Shown here: piece after piece, positions 47,014 to 62,000 of the stretch
Numbering within the stretch: position 1 is the stretch's first letter
Layout of the letters: each line of letters opens with the position of its first letter
Assembly (NCBI GenBank): GCA_002633005.1
Contig: NMRA01000191.1
Location: forward strand, 668,378 to 732,377
Reading direction: 5' to 3'
DNA length: 64,000 nucleotides
Source: Phoronis australis
Lineage: Eukaryota > Animalia > Phoronida
Notes under the pieces: model-generated
What the model saw: the letters and a program-made list of their open reading frames with translations, nothing else
Told to the model about the DNA's origin: nothing
Database searches by the model: none
Position numbers and translations under genes: made by a program

Positions 47014-50000
47014 ATGGCACCTCAACGCGACAGGTGAATAAGATTGGAGCTTTGGTTATAGGCTCCTTTATAGCCAGTCTGACGTCTTCGAGTACAAAAT
47101 TCTAACTAGTTTTAGTGATGGAATTCTCTCAAATTTTCGCCTTTTTCGTGATTTAATTGATTTATGAGTATAAAAAACACGTCAATTGTTGGCAAAATAC
47201 TGGCAAGAAAGTTACGTAACTCAAGCTGAACGTGAACTTGGAATCATGCTGAAGTCCAGGAGCGCGTATCTGTAGACTTGGAGTTAAAGCAATTAGGTGA
47301 AATTTTGATTTGTTCAGTTTAAAGAAATTTTGGTAATAATTGAGCTCACTATCACCCGTTCTCTCTTTTATCGAAATTTTTGTCCCAAATGGGAGGAATC
47401 GTTAAATGGCTAATCAACTATTGTTTGGCATAAATCGCTAATAGTTAATGAAAACTTGGCTAAAATTTACATTATTTTATTAACCTGTAATTTACTTTTT
47501 TAGTGCATTGCACAACTTTATTAAAGTCCACGCATATTCGATCTTGAGATTAAGCATGATTTCAAGTTTACACCAGCAGCACAGTAAATCTAATGCCAGA
47601 TTCTTACTGAAATGTAGTTTTAAACTGCTAGGAGTTTCCGAGTCTGCTATAGAGAAGGCAGTGTGGCATTGTGCGAAGAGTGCTCGCATTCTTTCCTCGT
47701 CGTGGGTTCGAGACCAGCAGGGGCACATTGTAGACGCTTGAGTCAGGTCTCTCGCTTCTCATCTCGGTTTTAATGGTATATTATTGAAATATAAAATGGT
47801 TGCAGGTGATCAGTGCATTGTGAATTTCTGATCATATGTTCGACTGAGTTTTGATGGCATGTTGCAGTTACCAAAGCCATCATTTGATGGCTTCATTTTA
47901 ATTTTGTCATTTTGTTTATAATAGAATCTTCACGCGAGACGGGGGAGCCAGACAACCAGCGATTTCTCTTCAGAATTAGTCAACAACTCCCTCAATTACA
48001 ATGTTCATCCTTTATACACACCGATCCTTTGCCGTGGCTGGATGCCGCGAATAGATACGTTTTCTTTTCCAGTGTTAGAGACACTGGTCGTGTTTTGACG
48101 AAGTTTTGCACAAGGGTGTAGGGCATGCTGCTTGTTAATCTGTCCTTACCCCAGGAACAAGGAGACGTTTTCAGTATATTAGGGAAGCGTGTTTCCACTT
48201 GATAGTCTTGATAACTGACTGACATATTTCAATGAAACTTAACGCAATACAATGCTCCGACAAAATTCGACTGCTGAGAGAACTTGACCTCTGCAGAGCC
48301 TACTATATATGTGACTATGTTAGTTTTGACAAGCGGCTTTTGACGTATTTGTGGTACACGGGAAGAGCGTTATGGAATGATATCAAGAAAAGATAGTGAA
48401 AGATCTCAAAGAACAACAATGACACAGAAGTATGTGGCGGCAATGTTCTAGTACCAAACGGTTTTTGTCGTATTTAACCTCAGCAGCAAAATCTAGGGGA
48501 TGTGAGTCCATTTTGGAGATGATCCGGGTAACTACCAGTTTTCTGCAGGTACCAAGAATTACTGGCCGTTGTCATCATTGTTCTTCATGAAAATATGTAG
48601 ACTAGACCTGCCATCTTTTCGATGCCTGCTGGTGTGTCCCCATGTGGCGTGCTTTTCTTAGTGGCAAATTTTGAAAACTGTAAATAGTTTTTATTTGATA
48701 TCAGTTTTAAACTTTGAGATACCAACGCCTTTTGTCCATCTGAGTGACCATTACAGCTACTATACCCATTGTGGTACAACTGTTATATCCTTGTACCTTA
48801 CTGTACACGAAACTTATATTTACTGTTGAGGTGAACTACAGACGAAAGTTTGTTGATAGTTGTAAATGTGTTTGTTTATTATTTGTCACATTTGGCGTTG
48901 TAACGTTGATTTGGCATCTAAAAGAAACTTCGATCAATAATGTTGTTTCTGCAAAATTACCTTGACCTTGCGGTGACAAATACTGGCTAAAACAGGACAA
49001 CTGGTTGCTCGGATGTTTCACTGAAAAGCAAGTAGTTGGTGTACTCGTTCCGAAACATGTATCTAAAAACCACAGTGCTTAGTTAGGAAAGTGTTCACTA
49101 CTGTAAAAGCAGAGATTGCAATCCATTGAGTAGAACAGTATTATTACAGCAGTATACGTAGCCACTCGCCCAACAGGCAATGGAAACTAAAAAGACGATG
49201 GGCGAGTTGAAGTTCACTAGCTGATGGCCCAGGTGATGAGCGAATGTTTAGAATGACGTAGGGTGTTCAAACGAATAAATATCTTTTGTACCACAATATT
49301 AGCCTCGAATAGCAAATACAACCGTGTAATAACCCATAAAGTTATCTCACTAGTGAGATAACATTTTTGCGGGAAACCGAGGCCGGATTCGAACCCGGGC
49401 CTCAAGAGTTGCGAGTCGCCGACTTTACCACTACACCACTCAGCAGCTGACGTCATCAAACGTGAAAATAGAATACTTAAATGAGCACGTGCAACAATCG
49501 CATGTTCAGCAAAGGGCATTGTACCGACATTTATACGCTATGAGAAATAAGACGCATAATTTTCATAAAAACGATTTCTTAATTCTGTGAAATTTTTCTC
49601 TCGTGTTCTCTCACTTGTAAATCACCGATCTCCAGTTTGAATGCGGGCATCGTGTCGTCGGGATCCTTCAACTTGAGCATTATACTCAGTTACTATCGGT
49701 AACCTACTTTAGCAAACGATGTTTTCCCGGTCGAAGCTTAGCGTGATAAAATGTATAAAAGCTATAATAGTTGCTAAACCTTAATTTACAGATTCACTTT
49801 GTTTCTATTTCGTTTAAATTTTTAATTGGTTTTGACAAAAATAATTCTCCAAAATCCACTCGGGCTCTAGATAACGGGGGATAACGACTTCGCCATGTAA
49901 TAATATATATTTCTCCAACATTTATCTCGTTGGTGATACATAGTAAGCACGTGGATATCAATGCGCGTGCAAGTATTCACTTTCAACGACTATTCACCGT

Positions 50001-53000
50001 AACTGGACACCTGTGGTCCGACACCTGGACGCTGCTCGTTACGTAAACATCATAGGCTTATGGTGCCTAGATTAAAGTTCATAGTTTGCTTGACGGATGC
50101 GTGTGCCCCGGTCACTCGTCTGGTGCGGACTCTGCTGCCATGACTTGTAGTAATACTGAAAAGACAAGATGAAGGATGAACTCGTTTTTATTATATCCAA
50201 AGGGGGTCACTAGCATATAGTAGTTTCTTAAGGGGAGACAACTCTACACTTTCCCCCGAGTTGATACAACAATCCACGAAATGTTTATCAACTGAAGTTG
50301 ACCATTGACTTACTTTAAATGTCACAACAACTTAAAATGAACTTATAGTCTAACTACACAACTTCATTACATTCCGTTCACAAGTCCAACTTGACCACGG
50401 GTTTCGGTACCTGGGCTGATCGTCTTAACACAGGTTTTCCCGGACTAGATGACACTTCGGATGTCGGTGTTTGCGACACTGCTGGTGTTGGTAATGTCGG
50501 CGACTGGGCAACAGGTTTTTCGGCGGTTGTTCCAGAATGCACGAGAAATGCTCGGTTTCTACGTATCTGAGTCCCATTATCTGTGAGAACTTGGTACGAT
50601 CGAGGCGAGGACAATCGCTGCTGGATCTCCCCGAACTTGTTTTTATCACGAATCCACGCATTGTCACCGGTGGAAAGAACAGGCAAGTTAACCGTTCTGT
50701 GACGTTTGTCAAAGTTCGACTTGTTACACAATCTGTCCTTCCTCTCCCATGTTTGTAAGGTTTTGTTGTCAATGTTCGCACGTTCTTGCAGAGCTTCCAT
50801 AGTTGTTGGCAAAGTGGTCCGTAGACGTCTTGACATCACAAGCTGACTGGGTGCTAACCCGTTACGCAATAGTGTGGAACGGTAAGCTAGAAGTCCAAGA
50901 AATGGGTCTGCATTTTTCTAAGAATGTAGACGTCTTATCTCGAACCAACGTGAGAAATAGTCTACGACGAGGACATAGTGAACGCCGTCAAGTTCAAAGA
51001 GGTCAGATGCAACCCGCTCCCAGGCACGGTCAGGAAAGGCCGAGGGTAGAAGGGGTTCTTTCTGTTCAACTCGATTCTGCGCACATGTGGGACACTGTTT
51101 GCACATGTTTTCTATAATCGAGCTAACTAGAGGCCACCACACGCTTTGCATGGCTCGACCTCGACATTTTGTGATACCAAAGTGGCCTTGATGAATCTGG
51201 TCCAATACTTCCAATTGGAGGGACTTAGGTATGACGATTCGATCGTCATACATGAGCAGATCATCAGTTAAGGTTAAGTGATTGCGGTTGTTAAAGTAGG
51301 GTTTTAGTAAAGGTTGATCAGAAGGAAACGCAGGCCAACCATGTCTACAGACGTCAATGACTTGCATGCAAACAGGATCTTCTGCTTGAGCATGTTTGAT
51401 TTCGAGTAAGCGAGCCTGAGTGACAGGGAGATGGCTCATGGTAAAACGCGCCTGGTCTTCGACCTCGCTGATGAAGGTTTCATCTTCAGAGGTCAAAGAG
51501 TCCACAGTGGCTCGTGGCAATGCATTAGCAATGATTTGACGCTTGCCTTGCACATAACAAACCGCAGGATTGTACCTCATGAGTCTGAGTCTAAAGCGTA
51601 GAATCCTTGGTGGAAGCTTAGAGAGATCTTTAGAAGATAAAAGGGGAACCAAGGGTTTATGGTCCGTTTCTAGAGTAAATTCTAGACCAAGGATGTATGG
51701 TGCAAATTTCTCACAAGCCCAGGTTGAGGCCAGGGCCTCCTTCTCGATCACGGCATATCGTTTCTCTGTGTCTGACAAGGCACGTGAGGCGAAGTATATA
51801 GGTCGTCGATGACCATCGTGTTCTTGCAAAAGAACGGCCCCAAGACCTGACTGTGACGCATCTGCCGCCACTATAGTCTTTCACGTAGGGTCATAGTGAG
51901 CGAGAGTTGCAGAAGAGATAAGGAACTCTTTGACCTTATCAAAGGAAATCTGTTGAGGCTCCCCCAGAACCATGACTGATCCTTGCGAAGGAGTTGACGT
52001 AAGGGCTTATTGACATCAGCTAATTGCGGCACAAATTTTGCCAACTGGTTAACCATGCCCTGGAACCTTTGCAGGTCAGTTATAGTGGTAGGAGGTGGAA
52101 AGTAACGGATTGTGTGAACTTTATCAGGATCGGCCTTGATGCCATCCTTGGCAATGACATGACCCAAAAAGGTCATTCTACTTTTGGAGAACTCACTTTT
52201 CTCTTTATTGAGTGTGATACCTGCGTCTTGTAAGCGACTTAGAGCTGCTCTGACATGATTGTCATGCTCCTTTTTAGTAGCGCCATGTACCAGAATGTCG
52301 TCCATGTGACAGATGGTCCCTTCACGACCAGATAAGAGCGACGACATTTGTCTTTGGAATATTTATGGCGCCGAGCTGATTCCGAAAGGCAGTCGATTAA
52401 ATCTATATCTCCCGAGAGGGGATATGAATGTTGTAAGGTCTTTAGAGTTCTCGTGTAGGGCAATTTGCCAGAATCCAGAGTTGGCATCTAGTTTGCTAAA
52501 GACAGTGCTGTCTTTCAAACACGCCAAGTGTTCGTCTACGCTCGACATAGGATGGACCTCTCTGAGTACATGTTTGTTCAATGGTGTAAGATCGACACAT
52601 ATGCGTACCTTCCCATTGGATTTAAGGACGCATACAATGCCCGAGCACCATTCTGTAGGATGTTCTACTTTGGAAATGATACCATTGGCTTCCATGGTTG
52701 CCAGTTCCTGCTCGACCGCAGGAAGTAGGGGGTGAGGAACGCGGCGAGCAGTACAAAGACTTACTGGCTGAGCTTCTGGCTTCAGTTTAATTTCATAGGG
52801 AGTTGTCAGGCAACCTAAACCCTTAAAGAGCTTAGGGAATTCCTTACGGAAATCAGGAGAAGTATTCAATTCATATACCTCAGCTGATGGTGTGAGAAGG
52901 TTCTCACAGGTTTGCTTACTTAACAAGTTACAATGCTGGTTGCTCATGACATAGATGTTTTCAGAGAATTTATTTCCACTGATTTCCAACTGAGCATTAG

Positions 53001-56000
53001 GGATCATTCCCTTGATACTACCGGCACCTCGGCAGTTGAGGAGATTAGAGATTGGCTCTACAGGATCTAGCCCTGACAACTTGTAACTGACCACAGTGAT
53101 ATCTGCTCCATTATCGAGTTTAAAACTCGTAAGGTTCCCGTTAACCTCGATATCAGCTGACCAATACTTTTTATTGGATTGAGAGATTGTACCGAGGAAC
53201 ATGGGAACTTCGTCCATATTTGAATGGTGATCTGTTTGGATCTCATGAGTATGAGTGGGTTTATGAGTGGATCTACATACCGGGGATAAATGACCTTTTT
53301 TGCCACAGTTCCCGCAAGTAGAGTCCTTGGCAGTACAATATTCACGATCATGCGGGGGCTATTTCCACAGTATGAACACTGTTTGTGCTTGTTTGTATAA
53401 CCTGTTTTAGGTTTATCTTTATGCTGTCGGGGGTTTCCCTTACCGGACTTCTGCTTATTAGCCTTTACACCATACTTACGGAAGCTAGTCACTGTATCAC
53501 ATGACTGAGTTTTTTCGTGAGGAGCCATGGTTTTCTTATGAATTTGAGAAACTTCCCTGGCTCTCAGGCACTCGATAACTCTTGTGGGTGTTGGGACAGG
53601 TCTCTCGCGGAGAAGTCTATCTCGGCATGATGTATCAGTTGTGGCAATTACTAAACGATCACGTAACAGACTGTCGGATAATGTCCCGAATTCGCACGTT
53701 TGTGCCAGTTGTCGTAGTCTAGTTAGAAAATTGTCCACGCATTCGTCCGAATTTTGCACAGCAGTATTAAATTTATACCTTTCAAAGAGCACATTTTTCT
53801 GAGGCATGCAATGATTTCTCAGTGTGGTGAGTATGAGTTCCGGGTCTTTCTTATCCTCCGCTGATAGAGTCGGTAAGCGCTGCATTATTTTCTGACACGG
53901 CATGCCCATTACGGCGCACAGAGTAGCCGCAACTTGCAATTTACCGGATGCATTTGGCTCACCTTCAGCGGTTGTCAGTTTGGATTGCAGTTCTGTTGCA
54001 ATGGAATAATACGCCCAAGACGCCTCAAAATCTTTCCAGTTTTCTGCTACCTCACCTTGAATGCTCATAGGAGCCGGTGGTGGTATTTGATATGTTGCCA
54101 TTGTCTTTGCTTGCGTGATGTTGTCCGATTTAAAACCGTTGTCACCATGTAGTAATACTGACAAGACAAGATGGAGGATGAACTCGTTTCTATTCTATCC
54201 ACTAGCATGCAGTAGTTTCTTAAGGGGAGACAACTCTACATGAGTGAGCTAGTTTTAACGAATGTTCTCAAAAATCAGTGTCACGCTTACAGCTCGGAAA
54301 TTACCTATTTAATTTAATGCCCACATGGATGTTCCACCCTCGCTGGAACAGAGGGTGCAAATAGTAGCTCAGCCTTGGGCCCCGGTTATCGTAGTTAATC
54401 CGCCACTGCTCGCGTCTGAAATATTTTATAATCTTTTGCATTGTTATGGGCGAGAGTTCGCGGAAAATATTCCCAGTCTCCTACAGTGTAATTAGGCGTC
54501 TTAAGTCAGAATGAATTATTAGGTCGCATTCATTATTTTTTATCCAGTGTTGGAATTAACCGTTCTCAAATGAAAGTGACACCTGCTGTATTGGCTGGGC
54601 TTTTTGTGTTCTGTGTTGTATGTGAAGGTCAAAATGTCATTTGCTTGATTTTTGAGTCTGTTCCAACTCAAAGATTGCCAGCTTTTGACCCATTGACCCC
54701 TTGACCCCTTGCTCAGCCGTGGCTGTTGGCAAGCGGCAACTTGAATTTAGCAGAAAATTCACTTTGATTTTTTTTTAAATCTGGCTGGTCGACACCTACT
54801 TTTCACCTGATGTATATAATGTGGTGAGTTTGGAAAGTCTGACTGTATTGTCTCTCAATTCGTAGTAATCCCTTGTGAACGGTGGTTTTAGGGTGAAAAC
54901 TGTTGACTTGGTGTAGTTTTGCTGTTTTTTTATTTATTTATTTTCTTTTGAAGTAGCTGACTGTATTTTCGGTAACGGTAAACATGGACAATTTGTGCAA
55001 TGTTTTTGAAGTCTTTGATCCAGTATACTGTTCATATTTCCAGGTTTTGTACATCATGTGGAGCAAACTGTTCAGTGGAGCCCAAAATCATCAAAAACTT
55101 TTGAGCGCCACCTTGATCTTCTCACACCCCATATATAGGTCACCTCACGTGACACAAGCCCAGACACATTGACATGTTTTCTCCTGACGCCAACTATAGA
55201 GGGCTTTTTCGAGTTATGCAACACTTGTCTGGGTCACTGTGTGGGCAAAGTAACCGTTAAGGAGATTCAGTTAGCCCAGCAAAGTTATAGTCAAGGCAGA
55301 AAGCCGATACTCTCCCATTCTGTAGGACTATGCTGTTTAACTGAAGTGTTGACGTCAGTTGGTCGAAGCTGATTCCATTCGGTATAAATTACAAAAAACG
55401 GATTACTCGGGTCAGGTGAAAACTTGACACTGTCTTTTCAATGAATGGCATTCATTACTTACTGTAGTGACATGGAGGCATACAAACAAACTTTGTATTC
55501 AACACGTCCCCAGCCTCTTGGCCTGAATACCAATTAAACATCCTACAATTAGGGTTGGCGCTAGAGTTGTTCGCTATTGCCCTGAGTCCTTGGAACTCAG
55601 TAATTCAAGTAGAAGCCTTTCCAAAAAACTAGTTTACGGAGTACTTAAACTATTTATTAGACAAAGACTATTTATTTGCTGTTCTTAGGAAATACTGTCT
55701 CGAAATCCTGCCTTTGACAAACATTTGAATCTACATTTCAGGGTTTACGCAGCTGAAGTGGTTACAAGTGCTGGCTGGGGAACATCAGGCTGGAAAGGGA
55801 CGGGCACAAACGATAGTGTTCACCTGACGCTGCATGGTGGGTATTAGGAGAGTAGGTTTGAGTAACAGTTGTTTGGTTCCTATTTGGCTAACTAATCGTA
55901 TGCTACTTAGCAACATTTGTAGCGAGCACTACACCAATTCCTTTGTGTTGCGGTAGGTTTTCAGGGTTTCCTGGTCGCGTTTCGTAACGCAAAACACGAA

Positions 56001-59000
56001 GGAACACTCGTGACCAACAATCTTGGCTCATGGAACGCATTCAATGTATTCCCGTCCGCCGTCTAATTGCGTCAACGGCAGCCGTTTTGCTAGTACACTC
56101 ACACCCATGACCTACGTTAGTACAGTAATGTCTCGAGCACACTCGCGAACTTGCGTGATTTCGCTTGGTTTTGGGTGATCGCGCCAATCTCGTAAGCCAA
56201 ACGGAACGCACCCCCGATCTATCTATTGTCGGAGGAGTTGCAGTCGGAAGTATTAGCAGGTATTTGCGGAGTTGCACAAAACTTGGTCAAAGATTTGATA
56301 GTATTTTAGTCTTGGAAATCCGTAAAGAGCAGAGCTGATCACTCACATGTAGGTAAACACTACATCCAGTATCTTTGAGACGGCTAATACTGTAAATTTA
56401 TCAAGCCAACTAAAACTTTTTTCTCTGTCCTAAACTGAAGATTTTTTACCATAAATGAGGGTTTTTCGAATTAAGAATAGGTAGGCCTATTTACAAGTGA
56501 ATGTTTGTAAAATGGGATAGCTTTTCAAGTTTTCTTTTGTTTGTGAAGTTCTCTGTGATGGACTTTGATTTGTGGCAAATGATACATTGGGGTGGCAACA
56601 CATGTACATTTCTTTGAGAACTGTTAAATGGAACTGACAGTGACAATCTCCTTAATTTTCTAATAGGTTCAACATCGTTTCCTTCATCAGCTTGGTCTTT
56701 TTCTTTTCTAAAAGCTGTTTCGGTTTTTGATACATCGATTAAGTGTATGTAATACTGATTGTGATAGAATAGCTCTGTTTTTTCATAAAAAAATTAATAA
56801 TAGTACTTTTCTTGCACTCAGTGTTGATCCATTTGTTTGTTTTAGACCACGTAATATCTGAAAATTCCAGGAGCTCAGAATTTTTAGCAGAATTTGGGAC
56901 TTGAATGCAACAAGGAGCAGACATCTTGCAAGTCTCTTGTGAAGTCGCACACTCATTCAATAATTCATGGTTTCAGCAGTGTCCTAGATGGCCCAAAACT
57001 GCTGTTTGCGGAAGCCAAAATGATTCAGGAACATGCCAAGCATTGTATGTATGTCAGTATGATGACACGTTCCACTTGACTTGGCTTTCCTCAATTCCAA
57101 TCTACTGCCTGCTGGTTTATGAGCCTTGACCTTTGGTAATTGCCAATTACTTGCACACCCATCCAAGAATTAACACTTTTAAATTTAGACGGTAGCTGTA
57201 AACAAATTAGCCAAGCCAACAGGATAACATCAGTTGGCTGTCCCCTGATGAATGATTTCATGAAGAAAACAACTCGAGAATGGGAAATATACGGACACAA
57301 TATTTTCCTGGCATTTGATTGACTTTTCTGATCATTTTGCACTGACACCTAGTGGCTAACATTAGTTTAGGCTAATTTTTTTCCAACTTTTGAATTTTAG
57401 AATTATTACTACGTAAACGTGCAAGTGTATTCTTGGGAACTTTTTTGAAATTGACTTTTGAACATCTATAGATGGGTAAAATGCAATTTTCCCGTTGCCC
57501 CCCAAAAGTTGCCACGGAGGTGAAAGATCGGAGAGCTGGGACTATGGCCTATGGGGGCGACAACAGTAGTTTTCAAATTTTCATTTTAGAAGTTTGACAG
57601 CATGTATAAATAGGTTATGAACAGTACTTGTGGTTGGTTTTGGAATTTTAGAAATCAGACAATAAGTGTGACTTTTTATTCTAAAACTATATACATAGCC
57701 AGTATTCTGCTTCGTTACTAGTATAGATTACCTTGAGCTTACTGAAACCTGAACTTTATAGAGGCTGGTCTGAAGCAACAACAAACTGACACTACTTCCT
57801 GAGCCTTGAGAGTCACTTCTAAATTCAGTGAGGGATAACATGTGACCACTCGTATGTTCCCACACACGTCATATGTGCTGGCATGTTGTCATCACTCTGT
57901 CCACGCGTGTGCTCGATATCTCAAAATCCCGTGTCCCATTTCGATGGAATTTGGCACAAGGGTGCAGGACATCTTTAGAACGGTTCGTGCCACTTTTCAG
58001 TCCTGCCCGTAACCCAGGATCAGAGGGCATCTAAAGAGCTAAATGACGGATTTCAATGAAAACTGATAGAGAGGTATATTCTGTCAATATGCCGGAACCA
58101 TGGTTAAATTTTTGGGTAGATTCCACCACTGCAGCATCTCCTAGTGTACACTTTGTTCTCGAAATTAGGCTTTTCAATAGCGGAGTTGCAACGCCGCCAT
58201 ATTGGAAATGGGTCAGAATGTTGCATTGTGGTTAAGCCGATAAACAAGTTCGTCGGCAAGCGTGGGGGCGAACCGGCCACAGGGAGGTTATACGTGTTGT
58301 GTGCCTGGCTGCTATAATACCAGTTAGCAAAAGGTTTTTACGGTATTAGAAACTTTCGGAAATTAGTGCCAATATTTATTTCTTGCCGATGCTATGTTAC
58401 TCGTTTCATGAATAGATAGTTCCCGACTAAATGTCTTCGATGACAGCCGGTACATTATGCAGCTTCTTGGCCGCGTGCTAACACAGTTCGAGTTTTTTTA
58501 TTAGTCTTCGATTCACGGTTTTCACGTGTACAAAGAAGTTTGGATTCTTGTTGAGGCCGGAGAAGATCTTTACCGGAAAGACACAATGCAATCCCCAGTG
58601 TTTTCAAAGTCCAGACCCGCATAGTGGGGCACATCCCTCGCAAGAGCAGCAAAACTTTTGCGTTCTTTTTTAAATGCTGCGTAAGTTTGAAGTGTATACG
58701 GACGTAACGGTGAGGCTCGTGGTCTACAAATTCAGGACTGTCGGACCTTTCAATAATTGGACACGTTAGAACTGTAGGTAAGGCATTTTTCGCATGTAGT
58801 TCATGGGCTGGGCGCTTACTTTAGCGAAGTCTGAAAACGCGTTGGGGCACTTATTGGGGCATGGGCGCTTATATTGGGGCGAATAGCTGCAGAATTACAT
58901 ACAGCAGCGTAGTTTAATGCACACAAATCACACGTCGTGCAAACCAATCGGCCATTCCACATACCCTAATCAATCCCAATAGCCTTTGCGCACCCTACTT

Positions 59001-62000
59001 TCCGGACATGCGCAATCGTTAAATCGATTCGATTGCAACTCTGCTATTAGGTGTCGTTTGTGAGAAGAGCGTTTCAGGGCGATACCTAAATAACCGGACG
59101 AAGGGTTTTAATGAAATGACACAAATGTAGGCCTATATGATATCAATGCACCAGCACCGTTTAATTTTCTGGCGGATTCAACCACTGCAAGGTCTACTAG
59201 TGCTCGTTTTGGAAATTCGAGAAGTTTCTGACTGATAAGTGATTGATGGATCATCATGAACTATGTGATGTCATTGCGCGGGCACGGTTTCGACCCTCGC
59301 TGGTTCCCTACGTGCTTAGCCCAGTCAGCACGCAGGTATCACGTAGTGACACGCGCTATAGCATTGGTCGATGTAACCTCGGCAGTCATTGGTTAGCTTT
59401 ATAACACCGCGAAAAAATGGCGGACTGTGAACGATTTTTAGCCTTGTCATGCAAGTTGCGTCGCAGCAACTATTTCGTTTCTGCAGCGGTGTTTAATAGC
59501 CGCGTGCTTGAAGCACATACATGTACAATAAACACATATCTGGCCGATTTAACTGGTGTGTTATTCACACTGTATACATACACTATCGTAAACAAAAGTC
59601 ATCGACAGTAGAAAGATGCAGGCCGAAAAGTCGCAATCACAATGTCTAGGCTTCGCATGATTTCCTGAGCATAAATTTTGAGCACCGATATGTCTGTACA
59701 ACAGACCACATTTACACTTCAGTCCATCAGTCATGCCAGTTTGTTTGCGTAAAGCGCTGTCTGTTGAGAATTCGACTAGCCAATCAGAAACGCCGGTGTA
59801 AAAAAATTTACCGAGGAAAATTAAGTGATACCTGCGTGCTGGCGCGGCTACCGCCCCATCTAGCGGCACGCAGGGAACCAGCGAGGGTTTCGACCAATGC
59901 AGCACCTCCTAGTGGCCATTTTGTTCTCGACAAGGGACTTTTTCCAAGTGTGGTTGGAGAAAAATGCAAGTCCGGGTGATATCAAAAGAACCGATTCCCG
60001 GATTTCATAGCAACTTGACATACGAAATATTCATGCACCGGGACCATTTGAGTTTTAGATGAATTTGTCCACCGCAAGGCCTCCTATAGTGGCCATTTTG
60101 GGGAAGAACATTTCCGGGAGACGGCTAGCTAACGACCTGATCGACGGGCTTTAATGAAATTTGACACACATGTTTTGATGTCTATACACGACGCCAGGTC
60201 CACTCATTTTCATAATAAGCTTTTTTTCTGCTGAAAATCTTTCAATTAAACTTCACCAACTTTTAATTAAATGTCACTTATGTACATACCATGAGTGGTC
60301 AAATAGTATGTTATTGTATTTCATGAAACTTGTAAGGGCCCCTAGAAACATACCGCTTCGATAAACTGTTGGTGCTACTGCTGCTACCCACTGTGGTAAA
60401 GTTGGTTAAGTTACCACATTATACCTTATCTTAACCCCTAGAAATATATCATTGTGATGCACTGTGGGTGCACGTCAACGCTTCAGTGTTGTCCTTTTTG
60501 TAAGTGAGTGGCTTACATTCGCCTGTCATTTACGTGATTTTGGTGATTTTTTCACGTCTAACGACTAAACCCCTGAGTGGAGATCAATTGACGTGAATTT
60601 GCTTAGTAATCTTTGATACATGTACATACTGGAATAGTGTGTGGAAACAGTGAAAATCTCCTCCAGGTTCCTTTGATATTGTGTGGCAGTTTAAGTAAAA
60701 TGTTGTCAAGAAAATCGGTTGTTGTACATATGCACTACCGTCATGTTTGCGTTAGCGTTTGTGGTGGACGTGGCCTAACTGCGGTTGTGTGTGTCGGAAG
60801 CGGACAATAACCGCCCCCTTGATCCAATGTGAAGTATTGAAACAAGCATTTATGATCGGGATTGTTGACTAAGTGTACTTTATATTGATGCATTCGCGAA
60901 TTCTACAACATTCAGTACGAAGGAAAATTTATGCCACTGGAAAAATCAATCTATTGACGTTGGTTTCTACATGCTTGCTAGAGTCGATTTTTAAACAAAT
61001 CAGATCCAATTTTTCAAGCTCTATCTACTTCATTGTTTTATCACCCTGTCCTCCTCGGGGCGGTCATTGTCAAATGTTCATCTGCTTTAGGTACCGAAGG
61101 CACTACAGAACGTATCCTGTTGGATAAAACGTGGCACAATGACTTAGAGACAGGAGCCCATGACGTCTACACGCTCACAGGTGGTGATGTTGGGGAGATG
61201 CTGTATATTACTGTGGAGAAAACTGGAGTCGATGACTGGCATCTGGATAAGGTATCCTGCTGCAGCACCTACGCAAACCGTATCCAAAAGACTTTGCATT
61301 TTGTCGCTATGTTCTTTTTCTATTTTTCTTTGAAGTCGGTCATTTTGTTTGAAAATGTGGCGCACAGGCGGTATACTTCTACGGGTCAGTATGAAGCGCC
61401 GCAGTTGTCGGAATCTTCCGAAACCCAACATTAATCGTACTAGTTTAAATAGAAAGACATCAGATCTGCCAATTTTCATAACAAAGTTTTGAGCAGTTTG
61501 CAGAAAGAAGAGGATGTCATAACAAATAAAAATGATCACTAGGTGGCACAGAATGCGACAGTCTGAAAATGGGAAGCTGTAATCGACTCCTTATTAGAAA
61601 CCGTTTTGCCAATTTTCATGATAACCCGCCAGTATTTCTAAAGTCACAAAGACCAACCATTAGAGGACACTACGGTAGGTGGGTCAAAAGAATCCTGAAT
61701 GGGGAGTAGTCGACGTCAGATCTCTGGACGCACAGACAGAAATGACGGCAGGGTGCATTCAATATGGGTGTACAAAAAGAGCAAGCAAACGATGTTTTAA
61801 GTATCGTCTACACAATTTTTTAAATACAAGAACTAATGAAGAAGCGTCTAATTGAATTTACAGTTAAGGGTAGCCTATGTAGTCAGAAACCTTATTACAT
61901 TTTAGTTTAAACGATACTGCCTGCGTGCTGGCATACAAGAGTATTTATCCAAAATGTCAGTAATCAAACTGTATATTCGACGCCATGAACAACATGAACA

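Larger units (their letters stand above)
50146..54240 (-). mobile_element. Gypsy/Ty3 LTR retrotransposon (Mag-like), both LTRs present, coding region decayed
   Basis: LTRs 54148-54240 and 50146-50248 (TGTAG...CTACA); PBS TGGTGACAACGG; PPT GGGGGAAAG; 5-bp TSD TGACT/TGAGT; gag (ATG 54101) with two Cys-His knuckles; PR LDNGA; RT HMDD; RH DASQSGLGAVL; IN HQGH..C..C and WERVASDLF. Confidence 0.95.
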
